A stretch of 64,000 nucleotides of DNA from Candidatus Tenderia sp. (lineage in GTDB: Bacteria; Pseudomonadota; Gammaproteobacteria; Tenderiales; Tenderiaceae). Position 1 is the stretch's first letter; the number at the start of each line of letters is the position of its first letter. The stretch lies in the NCBI GenBank assembly GCA_031416075.1, contig JANOSY010000043.1, positions 1-64,000 of the forward strand, read 5' to 3'. Both the position numbers and the translations under genes were made by a program. This document shows, in pieces, positions 10,235-19,827 of the stretch. The notes beneath the pieces are model-generated. The model did no database searches, was not told the origin of the DNA, and saw nothing but the letters and a program-made list of their open reading frames with translations.

Positions 10235-12532
10235 TTACGGACGATGTGTCCAATAATGTTGCGCCGTTTCCCGGTATCCCTCCGGTGTCGAAATACCCTT
10301 GCCCTCAAAACGCACCGATATCGCCCCCATCTGCGCACTGTCCAGCAACTCAATGTTGTGCGCCTGATAACGCTCCACCACCTCAGGACGGGGAAAACTG
10401 AAGCGGTTACGGTACCCCACCGGAAACAGCGCCCAACGTGGCGACACCGCCGTGATAAACGCCTCTGTGGAAGAGGTCTTACTCCCGTGGTGCGGCACCA
10501 CCAGTAGATCGGCACGCAACCCTGAACCATGACGGCTCAGCAGCGCGCGCTCCGCCTCTTTTTCGATATCCCCTGTCAGCAGCAGTGACCCGGTCGCCGC
10601 GCTCACCTTCAATACACAGGAGTTGTTGTTCCCTTTGCGTTGCCGCTCATCCGTTGGGTTCAACATTAAAAAATCGACACCATCCCACCGCCACTGCTGG
10701 CCAGAGCGACAAGGTTCGGATAACTGTTGGGGCAGCTTTTCAGCGGCGCTGGTCAATAGCTGCTTAACCGGGAATGAGGCCAGCAAACTCTCTGCACCAC
10801 CAATGTGGTCGTTGTCACCATGGCTCACCACCAGCGCATCGACCTGCGCCACACCACGCTGCAACAGATAGGGGAGCAGTACCACCTCCCCCGTATCAAA
10901 GGTATCGCTAAACCGTGGGCCGGTATCAAAAATCAGCAGATGGTGCTCCGTCTCCACCACCGCAGCCAACCCCTGTCCCACATCCAGCAGGGTAAACCAG
11001 AACTCACCTGCCGCAGGACGGGTCTGTGGCAGTAGAAACGCCGTCGCTAACCACACCCCTCCAAGCCAGCGCGCTGGCCAACCCTTGGGGGCCAGCAGCC
11101 AGACCACGCCGATAGTGGCGGGGATCACCACCCAGCCGCCCACAAAGGCGTGGTAGATCTGCGCCATGGGTAGCTCTGCCAACCCATTCAGCAGCGGCCA
11201 GAGTAGCGCCAGGCAACCATTGGCCAAGACCAGCAGCCAGACACCTACTGCGGGGATCAGTAGCAGGAACAGACTGCCCAGCAGTACCAGCGGTACCACT
11301 AACAGGCTGACCCACGGCACCGCCACAAAGTTGGCCAGCGGCGAGATCAGCGACGCCTTCTGAAACAGCAACAGCGTAGCCGGTGCCAGCGCCACAGCCA
11401 TCAGCAGATGTATACGCCCCCACTTCCACCAGACACCCCGCAAAGCAAGACGACCACCCATACCAAAAAAGATAAAGGCAACCGCACCAAACGAGAGCCA
11501 GAAACCGGCATCCATTACCGCCAGGGGGTCAAACAGCAGCACCAGCAACAACGCCAACAACAGGCCATCACTAGGACGGCGGTAGCGCTGCAAAATCAGC
11601 GCCGCCATAAAGACCACCACCATAATCAACGTCCGCTGTGTGGGTATGGAGAACCCCGCCAGGGCTGCGTAGATCAGGGCTGCCAGAATGGCCGCCACCG
11701 CCCCGGCCTTCTGCGCCGGCCAGCGTAGCGTCAACCACGCCGAACAGCCCCAAAGCCAGCGCCAGAGAAAAAAGGCCAAGCCGGAGACCATACTCACATG
11801 CAGCCCCGATATCGCCACCAGGTGGTTGGTCCCAGTCTTTAAAAAGGTGGTCCACTGCGGCTGGCTGATCTCATCCTGCTTACCAATGGCCAGCGCCTTG
11901 ATAATGCCGCTAAACGGCGCCTCAGGCAGCGCCTCGTCAATCTTCGCCGAGATCAACGCCCGCCAGCGGTCCACCTGATAATCCAGTCCCGCCTCACCTG
12001 TTTTATGATTCTCGCCCTGATCACGCACATAGCCCGTGGCACGGATACCGTGACGATAGAGCCACCCTTCGTAATCAAAGCCCCCTGGATTCATAAAACC
12101 GTGCGGCTGCTTCAACCGCACCAGCAGCTGCCAGCGCTCACCAACGGCCAGTGGCGGGACACGGTTGTACCAATTCAAGCGAACTCGCTGAGGGAGCTGA
12201 GAGCGCCCCACACCGGGCGTCAAAACCTGCTCCACCTCAAACTCAAAACGCCAGAGGCGATCACGCTCTTCAGGGATCGTGGCGATCACACCGTTCAGCA
12301 GCAGATCCTCTCCCTCCAGGGCCGCAGCCAGTGGCGAACCCAGCAGCAGATGGGCATACACCAGCGCCCAGAGAAACCCGTTCACAAACCAGAGCACGGC
12401 GACAAAACGGAAAGAAACCACCGAAAGTGGCAATAACAGCAGCAACAGCCACCCCCAGCGCCCATCGGGCAGGCCTGAGAACTGCTGCAGCAATAAGATA
12501 CCTAAGAGAAATGCGACAATCCCTGTACGCAT
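10235..12532 (-). CDS. comEC: DNA internalization competence protein ComEC/Rec2
   Basis: HLVAISGLH competence domain, DVGQG, SHGDNDHIGG metallo-beta-lactamase fold, PHHGS. Confidence 0.96.
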   Translation of the reverse strand: MRTGIVAFLLGILLLQQFSGLPDGRWGWLLLLLLPLSVVSFRFVAVLWFVNGFLWALVYAHLLLGSPLAAALEGEDLLLNGVIATIPEERDRLWRFEFEVEQVLTPGVGRSQLPQRVRLNWYNRVPPLAVGERWQLLVRLKQPHGFMNPGGFDYEGWLYRHGIRATGYVRDQGENHKTGEAGLDYQVDRWRALISAKIDEALPEAPFSGIIKALAIGKQDEISQPQWTTFLKTGTNHLVAISGLHVSMVSGLAFFLWRWLWGCSAWLTLRWPAQKAGAVAAILAALIYAALAGFSIPTQRTLIMVVVFMAALILQRYRRPSDGLLLALLLVLLFDPLAVMDAGFWLSFGAVAFIFFGMGGRLALRGVWWKWGRIHLLMAVALAPATLLLFQKASLISPLANFVAVPWVSLLVVPLVLLGSLFLLLIPAVGVWLLVLANGCLALLWPLLNGLAELPMAQIYHAFVGGWVVIPATIGVVWLLAPKGWPARWLGGVWLATAFLLPQTRPAAGEFWFTLLDVGQGLAAVVETEHHLLIFDTGPRFSDTFDTGEVVLLPYLLQRGVAQVDALVVSHGDNDHIGGAESLLASFPVKQLLTSAAEKLPQQLSEPCRSGQQWRWDGVDFLMLNPTDERQRKGNNNSCVLKVSAATGSLLLTGDIEKEAERALLSRHGSGLRADLLVVPHHGSKTSSTEAFITAVSPRWALFPVGYRNRFSFPRPEVVERYQAHNIELLDSAQMGAISVRFEGKGISTPEGYRETAQHYWTHRP

Positions 12533-12601
12533 GCTTTTGTTTTTCGGTAGTTTATGGGTACTATTCCCATCCCAAAGAATGTTATTGAAGACTACTCAAG
12601 C

Positions 12602-13168
12602 ATGCCAAAAAAATTCTTTCGCCGTTGCATGCCCGATCCTCGCAAGATTCGTGAACACAAATATCTGCAATTTTTTGGCACCCTGCTGCACGACCCCAAC
12701 CTCTGGCACCTCAACCGCCGCTCCGTCTCCGGCGCGTTTGCCGTCGGCCTGTTTGTGGCGATGATCCCGATTCCATTTCAGATGGTGGTGGCAGCGGCCT
12801 TTGCCATCTTCACCCGTGTCAATCTACCTATCGCTGCGGGCCTGGCCTGGGTCACCAATCCATTCACCGTCGGGCCAATGTTCTACTTCGCCTACAAGGT
12901 TGGCACCTGGATTCTGCACGTCGAACCGCGTGATTTCAACTTCGAACTCTCATATGATTGGTTAATGGCAGAACTGGGGGCAATCTGGGCGCCGTTTCTG
13001 CTTGGCTGTCTGATTGTAGGGCTGGTACTGGCCGTGGCGGGGTACATCTCGATCCGTTTGGTATGGCGCATCTACATCGCCAACCACATCAAAAAGCGGC
13101 GACAACGCAGGGCCAGTAAACAGAGCGCCAACCACACGCCCCCGTCCAGTCAAAAAAGAGAAGACTGA
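12602..13168 (+). CDS. DUF2062 domain membrane protein
   Basis: MPKKFFRR...LWHLNRRSVSGAFAVGLF...NPFT; conserved between lolD and comEC; start moved to the ATG at 12602. Confidence 0.88.
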   Translation: MPKKFFRRCMPDPRKIREHKYLQFFGTLLHDPNLWHLNRRSVSGAFAVGLFVAMIPIPFQMVVAAAFAIFTRVNLPIAAGLAWVTNPFTVGPMFYFAYKVGTWILHVEPRDFNFELSYDWLMAELGAIWAPFLLGCLIVGLVLAVAGYISIRLVWRIYIANHIKKRRQRRASKQSANHTPPSSQKRED

Positions 13169-13176
13169 CGTTAGCC

Positions 13177-13857
13177 CTAAAACGGCTGTAGGTGGCCGTT
13201 CTCGATCCTCAATATACGGTCCATCTTGGCCGCCAGTGCCATGTCGTGGGTCACCACCACAAAGCTGGTACCCAACTCGCTGTTCAACTCCAGCATCAAC
13301 TCATAGACCTGCGCTGCTGTCTGCTGATCAAGGTTGCCGGTGGGTTCATCCGCCAAGACACACTGCGGTTTAGTCACCAGGGCGCGGGCCACAGCAGCAC
13401 GCTGCCGCTCACCGCCCGACAGCTCACTCGGTTTATGTTTCAGGCGATGTGCCAGCCCTACCCGTGTGAGTAGTGTAACGGCAGCACTGCTGGCAACCTC
13501 CGGCGAGTCGCCACGGATCAGCAGCGGCATCGCCACATTCTCCAGCGCGCTGAACTCAGGCAACAGATGGTGAAACTGGTAGATAAACCCAAGGGCGCGG
13601 TTACGCAGTTCACCACGCTGTTTTTCGCCCATACGGGTCAGGGAGTGGCCATTGACCTGCACCTCACCACTGCTGGGCAGGTCTAATCCACCCAACAGAT
13701 GCAATAGCGTGCTCTTGCCAGAGCCGGAGGCCCCGACAATTGCCACCCGTTCACCTCTATTGATGGTGAGATTGATCCCGGTCAATACATCCACCGCCAG
13801 ACCTGCATCAATAAAACGTTTTGATAGATTGCTGCAGGACAACACTACGTTACTCAT
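13177..13857 (-). CDS. lolD: Lipoprotein-releasing ABC transporter ATP-binding protein LolD
   Basis: [35 protein letters not shown]. Confidence 0.96.
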   Translation of the reverse strand: MSNVVLSCSNLSKRFIDAGLAVDVLTGINLTINRGERVAIVGASGSGKSTLLHLLGGLDLPSSGEVQVNGHSLTRMGEKQRGELRNRALGFIYQFHHLLPEFSALENVAMPLLIRGDSPEVASSAAVTLLTRVGLAHRLKHKPSELSGGERQRAAVARALVTKPQCVLADEPTGNLDQQTAAQVYELMLELNSELGTSFVVVTHDMALAAKMDRILRIENGHLQPF

Positions 13858-15097
13858 AACGCAACGCCTCCGCGGGTTGGGTTCGTGAGGCGCGCCAGGC
13901 GGGATAGAGCGTCGCCAGCAGACTCAGGAAAAACGAAATCACACTGATGGTTACTACATCTAAGACCTTCATCTCTGATGGCAGATTACTGATGTAGTAG
14001 ACATCCGGTGCCAAAAATTTCAATCCCAACATACGTTCAATAGCAGGCACAAGCACATCGATATTGCTGGCCAACGTGATTCCCCCTGCCAGCCCCAGCA
14101 GCGTGCCAAACAGACCGATCACCACCCCCTGGACAATAAAGATACGCATGATTCGCCCAGGGCTTGCCCCCAGCGTCCGCAAAATGGCGATGTCGGCCTG
14201 TTTGTCTGTCACCACCATCACCAATGTCGAGACAATATTAAAGGCCGCCACCGCCACAATCAGCATCAGGATCACAAACATCACAATCTTCTCCGTACGC
14301 ACAGCACGGAAGAAGTTGGCGTGTTGCAACGTCCAGTCTGTCACCACGTAACCACCGGGCAACTCACCCACCATTGTCTGGGTCAACATCGGCGCGGCAA
14401 ACATATCGGTCAGTTTTAAACGCACCCCAGTCACCTCATCGGGCTGAAGAAACAGTCGCGCCGCATCCTCAAGGTGAATCAGTGCCAGCGCGTTATCATA
14501 CTCATACATGCCCGCCTCAAAGACACCGGTAACGGTAAACCGTTTCAGGCGCGGCACAATCCCCACCGGGGTAACACTCGCCTGCGGCGTGACCAAGGTG
14601 ATCTTGTCACCCAGATAGACCCCCAGGCGATTGGCCAGATCTTTACCCAGAATAATGCCAAACTCACCCTGTTTGAGATCACTCAACTCACCCAACAACA
14701 TCTTGTCCGCCAGGTTTGAGACCTTGGGCTCCTGGTCCGGCAAAACACCACGAATCATCGTGCCACTCACCACACCGTTGTAGCTCAACATCCCCTCCGC
14801 AGCTACATAAGGTGCCAGCGCCTCAATCTCCGGATAACGTGTCAACAACGGGGGCAGCGACTGCCAGTCACGCATCCCGGCATCCACCCCGGTGATGGTC
14901 GAGTGGGAGGCCACACCGAGGATACGGGTCCGCAACTCCTGCTCAAAACCGTTCATCACCGACAACACCGTGATGAGTGCTGTCACCCCCAGCGCCACCC
15001 CCGCAATGGAGATAAAGGAGATGAAAGAGATGAAGTGGTTACGCCGTTTGGCACGGGTATAACGCAGGCCGATAAAAATTGAGAGGGGTTTAAACAT
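13850..15097 (-). CDS. Lipoprotein-releasing ABC transporter permease (LolC/E family, single copy)
   Basis: [35 protein letters not shown]; start at MFKPLS. Confidence 0.94.
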   Translation of the reverse strand: MFKPLSIFIGLRYTRAKRRNHFISFISFISIAGVALGVTALITVLSVMNGFEQELRTRILGVASHSTITGVDAGMRDWQSLPPLLTRYPEIEALAPYVAAEGMLSYNGVVSGTMIRGVLPDQEPKVSNLADKMLLGELSDLKQGEFGIILGKDLANRLGVYLGDKITLVTPQASVTPVGIVPRLKRFTVTGVFEAGMYEYDNALALIHLEDAARLFLQPDEVTGVRLKLTDMFAAPMLTQTMVGELPGGYVVTDWTLQHANFFRAVRTEKIVMFVILMLIVAVAAFNIVSTLVMVVTDKQADIAILRTLGASPGRIMRIFIVQGVVIGLFGTLLGLAGGITLASNIDVLVPAIERMLGLKFLAPDVYYISNLPSEMKVLDVVTISVISFFLSLLATLYPAWRASRTQPAEALRYE

Positions 15098-15151
15098 GGG
15101 GCAGCACATTACCACAATAGCGGTCGAGATGTGCAGACGAGGGGAGCACTT

Positions 15152-15868
15152 TTAACCCACTCCCGGCGGCAAACCCAGCCATACAATTATTGGAATATGA
15201 GGTCTGGTACGGATGATCTGATAATCGATTACCGTACCCTCCTCAGTATTCACCTTTACCTTCACCTGGGAGCCCACCACACCAGTGAGCTGCTGATAAC
15301 ACCACGCCAGGGACTTGCCCACAGCGGGATGGCCATCGATGGCAATAATGCCATCACCGCGGTTCAGCCCAACCCGCTCCGCCGCCGAATCAATCACAAC
15401 CGACGCAATCCGGATCCACTCACCATCATGGGCCAGGGTGATGCCGATCCCCACCTGTTCAGAAAACTCCAACACAACGTCAGGTTGCGGCACAGGCGCA
15501 ACATGGACCACGGGGGGTGGATAATGGTTCAGCAAATAGCCGTACGTCAGTGAAAAGCGGAATAGCAGATCGGCGGGATCAAACACCGGGCCCACCGCCA
15601 CCCCCTGCACCATCAGTTCGGCCTCAGAGAGTGGCGTCATGCCGGTAAAGAGATACATGCCCTCAATCGCATCGTCCAGCAGCGCCTCCACCGAAACCGG
15701 CTCCACATAGTGACTCTCAATCTTCGCCACAACCCGCTCAAAATCATACCGCGCCTTGCCCACCCCCAACGGCGACGGACCATTGCTGGCACAGCCGCTC
15801 AACAGAACACTGCACAGCAGCATCCCACGCAGTAGACCAGAGAATAAATAAGCGGCGAACTTCACCAC
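15152..15868 (-). CDS. Lipoprotein with CtpA-like N-domain and PDZ domain, lacking the S41 protease domain
   Basis: Lipobox LLSGC; FERVVAKIESHYVEPV...AIEGM; GIGI...SAAERVGLNRGDGIIAIDG PDZ. Confidence 0.7.
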   Translation of the reverse strand: MVKFAAYLFSGLLRGMLLCSVLLSGCASNGPSPLGVGKARYDFERVVAKIESHYVEPVSVEALLDDAIEGMYLFTGMTPLSEAELMVQGVAVGPVFDPADLLFRFSLTYGYLLNHYPPPVVHVAPVPQPDVVLEFSEQVGIGITLAHDGEWIRIASVVIDSAAERVGLNRGDGIIAIDGHPAVGKSLAWCYQQLTGVVGSQVKVKVNTEEGTVIDYQIIRTRPHIPIIVWLGLPPGVG

Positions 15869-15956
15869 ACCTGTTCACCACTGAAAAAAGTTGGGTAATT
15901 TTGTAGCAGTCGCGCCAGACGGTATTGAGCATGGCTTTGCCGACACCACACCCAAA

Positions 15957-15991
15957 CTCCACACAGAGTTATCCACAGCAAATGTGCATAA
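15957..15991. promoter_or_regulatory. DnaA-box cluster (DARS-like)
   Basis: Perfect TTATCCACA (15969-15977), inverted TGTGCATAA (15983-15991), weak third box CTCCACACA (15957-15965). Confidence 0.6.
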
Positions 15992-16006
15992 CCCGCCACG
16001 CAAGCA

Positions 16007-16669
16007 TTAACCCTGTGCCGTCGCACAACACCCTCTCAAACAGCACTCGCCACACAACGGTTTGGAACGGCACGACCGCTTGGCATGGATCACAATCAAG
16101 GCGTGATATTCGTTAAACAGCTGCGTCTGCTGTGGCCGCTCGGTATGGTTTGCCTTTAACTGATCTTCAAAGTGCTGGCGCAACTCTTCATAACGCTCAT
16201 CCCCCCGGATCAACCCCAACCGCATGAAGATACGACGGGTATAGGCATCAATAACAAAGATCGGGCGGACAAAGGCGTAGAGCAACATATCATCCGCGGT
16301 CTCCGGACCAATGCCATTGACCGAGAGCAGGGCACGCCGCAGCGTGGCATCGTCCCACGTCTGCAGGGCCGCCTCCCCCCCTTGTTGCAACAGCCAGCGA
16401 CAGAAGTTTTGTAGCCGTCGCGCCTTAACGTTGAAGTAGCCCGCAGGACGGATCAACTCAGCCAACTCTGCGGTCTCCAGTGTGACAATGGCCTGGGGAT
16501 CAAGGGCGCTGACCTGTTTAAGATTGGCCATCGCCTTTTCAACATTGCGCCAAGCGGTACTCTGGGTCAGCACCGCACCCACCATCACCTCAAAAGGGGT
16601 ATCCCCCGGCCACCACCCCTGTGGACCGTAGTGGTCAAACAGGGTGGTATAAACACCCCCTACGCTCAC
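16007..16669 (-). CDS. Endonuclease III-related HhH-GPD DNA glycosylase with 4Fe-4S motif
   Basis: WWPGDTPFEVMVGAVLTQ, GIGPETAD, VIDAYTRR, CRSKPLCGECCLRGCC. Confidence 0.9.
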   Translation of the reverse strand: MSVGGVYTTLFDHYGPQGWWPGDTPFEVMVGAVLTQSTAWRNVEKAMANLKQVSALDPQAIVTLETAELAELIRPAGYFNVKARRLQNFCRWLLQQGGEAALQTWDDATLRRALLSVNGIGPETADDMLLYAFVRPIFVIDAYTRRIFMRLGLIRGDERYEELRQHFEDQLKANHTERPQQTQLFNEYHALIVIHAKRSCRSKPLCGECCLRGCCATAQG

Positions 16670-17955
16670 TTACGTGTCTGACGCCGCTTTGGTTGGCGCG
16701 CAGTGGGTGGCCGTGCTGGCTTATCGCCGTCGGGACGGCGTGATGGTTTATCACCCTCGGCACGACGGGGTGGTCTGGCGCTATCGGAACGCGGCGCGGC
16801 CCTATCAGAACGCGGCACGGCCCTGTCACCATCACTACGGCGTGGCGACCGGTCACCTTCCGGACGGCGGGCAGGTTTATCGCCCTCGGCACGACGGGGT
16901 GGTCTGGCGCTATCGGGACGCGGCGCGGCTCTATCAGAACGCGGCGCAGCCCTGTCACCATCACTACGGCGTGGCGACCGGTCACCTTCCGGACGACGGG
17001 CGGATTTATCGCCCTCGGCACGACGCGGTGGTCTGGTACTATCAGAACGTGGTGCGGCTCTATCGCCATCACTACGGCGTGGCGGCTTGTCACCTTCCGG
17101 ACGACGGGCGGGTTTATCGCCCTCGGCACGGCGTGGCGATTTATCTGCAAAGGGATGCCTTACCCCCTTGTTCTCCGGTGTATCACGACTGCTTCTGGTA
17201 CTGGCCACTTCGGCGATCTTGGGCATGCCCACCAGCTGGCGCAGCTCATTTATGGCATCGCGATTAAGCTCATCCCAAGCCCCCGCCTTAAGGCCACGGC
17301 GCAGGGTGATAAAACCAAACCGAACACGGATCAGGCGACTCACCTTCACCCCTTGTGACTCCCAGAGACGGCGCACTTCACGGTTGCGCCCCTCGTTCAG
17401 GGTGACGTGATACCAGTGGTTGGCCCCCTGCCCGCCCGCATCCGTGATGGTATTAAAACGGGCCATGCCATCTTCCAGCTCCACCCCTTGGGTGAGTCGC
17501 TGCAACAGCTCGTTATCCACATCCCCCAATACCCGTGTGGCATATTCACGTTCGATCTCGCTGGAGGGGTGCATCAGCAGATTGGCCAGATCACCATCGG
17601 TGGTCATGAGGATGACACCGCTGGTATTGATGTCGAGCCGTCCCACGGCAATCCAGCGCCCAGACCGTATTGGGGGCAACTTGGCAAAGATGGTGGGGCG
17701 ACCTTCAGGGTCAGAGCGGGTGCAGACCTCCCCCTCCGGTTTGTGGTAGATCAATACCCGTTGCAGGGTTTCGCTGCGCTGCTCCAGACGTAACGCTTTA
17801 CCATCCAGGGCAATGACATCACCCCAATGGGCCTTACCGCCCAGCGTCGCCACCTCACCATTGACGGTGATACGTCCCGCTTCGATCATGCGTTCCACTT
17901 CGCGGCGCGAGCCGACCCCGGCAGTTGCCAGCAGTTTTTGTATACGTTCACTCAT
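16666..17955 (-). CDS. rluB: 23S rRNA pseudouridine(2605) synthase RluB with repeat-expanded C-terminal tail
   Basis: SERIQKLLA S4 domain, VGRLDINTSG, EGRNREVRR; downstream of scpAB. Confidence 0.95.
   Translation of the reverse strand: MSERIQKLLATAGVGSRREVERMIEAGRITVNGEVATLGGKAHWGDVIALDGKALRLEQRSETLQRVLIYHKPEGEVCTRSDPEGRPTIFAKLPPIRSGRWIAVGRLDINTSGVILMTTDGDLANLLMHPSSEIEREYATRVLGDVDNELLQRLTQGVELEDGMARFNTITDAGGQGANHWYHVTLNEGRNREVRRLWESQGVKVSRLIRVRFGFITLRRGLKAGAWDELNRDAINELRQLVGMPKIAEVASTRSSRDTPENKGVRHPFADKSPRRAEGDKPARRPEGDKPPRRSDGDRAAPRSDSTRPPRRAEGDKSARRPEGDRSPRRSDGDRAAPRSDRAAPRPDSARPPRRAEGDKPARRPEGDRSPRRSDGDRAVPRSDRAAPRSDSARPPRRAEGDKPSRRPDGDKPARPPTARQPKRRQTRK
16720..17145. repeat. Coding tandem repeat in the rluB 3' end (units of 129, 129 and 108 nt)
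   Basis: G(G/A)TTTATC(A/G)CCCTCGGCACG recurs at 16745, 16874, 17003 and 17111. Confidence 0.9.
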
Positions 17956-18827
17956 TAGGGTATTGCCACTGTTTTATTATCACGCTCTTCGTCGGCGGGT
18001 TCAGCCAGTGACTCCACCTCCTCTGGTTCTACTTGTTCTGGTTTTACTTGTTCTGGATCTGTTTGTGCTAAATCGATCTGTTCTGGAGCCACCTCTTCTG
18101 GCAACCCACTATCTTCAGGCAACCCAGCCTCTTCATCTATGTCAGCCATGGCCACGGCGACAGCCACAATAGTCTCGTCAGGCTCATCCTCCTCTCCATC
18201 CAGCTGGTCATCTTCACTATCAGCGCGCAACGGGGTAACAGGGGGTTTGGTATCAAACAAGCCAAAATCGAGTTCCCGTTCGATGCTTTCAATATTGCGG
18301 ATCTCCGCCAACGGCGGCAGGTCACTCAGGCTTTTAAGATTAAAGTAGTCGAGAAACTGGCGGGTAGTACCATAGAGCGCCGGTTTGCCCGGCACATCAC
18401 GATAACCGATCACCCGCACCCACTCCCGCTCCAGCAGGCTTTTAACAATATTGGTGCTGACGGCCACACCACGGACATCCTCGATCTCGCCACGAGTGAT
18501 GGGCTGACGATAGGCGATCAACGCCAGTGTCTCCAATACGGCACGGGAGTAGCGTGTTGGCCGCTCTTCCCAAAGGTTGGCAATCCAGCGCGCCAGATCA
18601 GACTTCACTTGAAAACGGTAACCATTGCTCACCTCCACCAGTTCCACACCCCGGCTGACACAATCGCCCTGGAGTGACTCGATGGCGGCGCGAATATCAT
18701 CACGGCTCGGCTGCTCCTCATCCAGAAAGAGCGCCAGGATCTGGTCAATCCCCAGCGGGCGACCTGCCGCCAGCAGCGCCCCCTCGATGATCTGTTGCAA
18801 ACGTTCAGGATTAGGATTCATGGACAT
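17955..18827 (-). CDS. scpB: SMC-Scp complex subunit ScpB
   Basis: SRAVLETLALIAYRQPITRGEIEDVRGV, LYGTTRQFLDYF; acidic tail. Confidence 0.96.
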   Translation of the reverse strand: MSMNPNPERLQQIIEGALLAAGRPLGIDQILALFLDEEQPSRDDIRAAIESLQGDCVSRGVELVEVSNGYRFQVKSDLARWIANLWEERPTRYSRAVLETLALIAYRQPITRGEIEDVRGVAVSTNIVKSLLEREWVRVIGYRDVPGKPALYGTTRQFLDYFNLKSLSDLPPLAEIRNIESIERELDFGLFDTKPPVTPLRADSEDDQLDGEEDEPDETIVAVAVAMADIDEEAGLPEDSGLPEEVAPEQIDLAQTDPEQVKPEQVEPEEVESLAEPADEERDNKTVAIP

Positions 18828-19638
18828 GTTGACGTGTCTTTACATAAATTGGGCCAAAAGGTTCTGTTTGAATAATCTCGATAATGCTCTCTTTGATCAG
18901 TTCAAGGATGGCCAGCAGTGTTACCACCACCCCCATACGCCCCTCTTTATATTCAAACAGCGTTGTAAACTCGGTAAAACTCTCGGCATTCAGCGCTGCC
19001 AGCACATTGGTCATACGTTCGCGTACCGACAGCACTTCGCGCTGAATGTGATGGCTGGCAAACATATCCGTGCGGCGCAATACATCCTGAAAGGCCAGCA
19101 ACAGCTCCTTCAACTCCAGATCCGGCTGCGCCTTGACCACGGTAAGATCCGGCCCCTTGGCACTCGCCTCAAAGATATCGCGCCCCACACGGGGCAGCTC
19201 TTCTATCTCTTCAGCCGCCTGTTTGTAACGCTCATACTCCTGTAGCCGCCGGATCAGCTCAGCCCGTGGATCCTCCTCATCCTCCGAGATGCTCTCGGGG
19301 CGTGGCAACAACATCCGCGACTTAATCTCCGCCAGCATCGCCGCCATCAGCAGATACTCCGCCGCCAGCTCAAAGCGCATATCCTGCATCATATCGATGT
19401 AGGACATGTACTGGTTGGTAATCTCAGCAATGGGTATGTCAAGCACATCGAGATTCTGACGACGAATCAGATAGAGCAGCAGGTCAAGCGGCCCCTCAAA
19501 CGCCTCAAGAAACACCTCCAAAGCATCGGGCGGGATGTAGAGATCCTGCGGCAGCTGGGTGAACGCCTCGCCATTTACCAGGGCGAAAGGTATCTCCTGC
19601 TGTAACGTCAGTTCTGGTGTGGTACTGGTTTCGGTCAT
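18811..19638 (-). CDS. scpA: Segregation and condensation protein ScpA
   Basis: FEGPLDLLLYLIRRQNLD, EDPRAELIRRLQEYE. Confidence 0.96.
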   Translation of the reverse strand: MTETSTTPELTLQQEIPFALVNGEAFTQLPQDLYIPPDALEVFLEAFEGPLDLLLYLIRRQNLDVLDIPIAEITNQYMSYIDMMQDMRFELAAEYLLMAAMLAEIKSRMLLPRPESISEDEEDPRAELIRRLQEYERYKQAAEEIEELPRVGRDIFEASAKGPDLTVVKAQPDLELKELLLAFQDVLRRTDMFASHHIQREVLSVRERMTNVLAALNAESFTEFTTLFEYKEGRMGVVVTLLAILELIKESIIEIIQTEPFGPIYVKTRQHVHES

Positions 19639-19665
19639 TGGTTTGCAGTCAATCCGGAGTTAAAT

Positions 19666-19701
19666 TCCCGCCCCTTTGCAAGGGAAAAGTTAGGGTGGGG
19701 G
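19666..19701 (+). repeat. REP-like palindrome (degenerate), left flank of cassette site
   Basis: TCCCGCCCCTTTGCAAGGGAAAAGTTAGGGTGGGGG resembles CCCTCCCC..GGGGAGGG-TTAGGGTGGGG type extragenic repeats. Confidence 0.4.
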
Positions 19702-19752
19702 TCACATGCTCAACATTCGTACCCACATAAACGCTTCTATCCTCATGCCCAA

Positions 19753-19827
19753 ATACATCGTTCCGCATAACCGGCTGGCAATGAAGCGCAGCGAAATTGC
19801 CAGTCCGCGTTGATGCGGCTTTTAGGC
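19753..19827 (-). mobile_element. Integron attC site (75 bp; R'' mutated to GCCTAAA, R' reads G/ATGTAT)
   Basis: Minus strand GCCTAAA-agccg-CATCAAC-gcggactggcaat-loop-attgccagccg-GTTATG-cggaac-GATGTAT; imperfect palindrome with extrahelical bases, 7 bp after the stop codon. Confidence 0.82.

Noticed and set aside
16720-17145. Regularly spaced repeats as a CRISPR array
   Set aside because: Whole units repeat with no unique spacers, lengths are multiples of 3, they lie in frame in rluB, and no cas genes are present
16635-17410. Overlapping ORFs 16635..17150, 16674..17267 and 16703..17410
   Set aside because: Shadow frames kept open by the GC-rich rluB repeats
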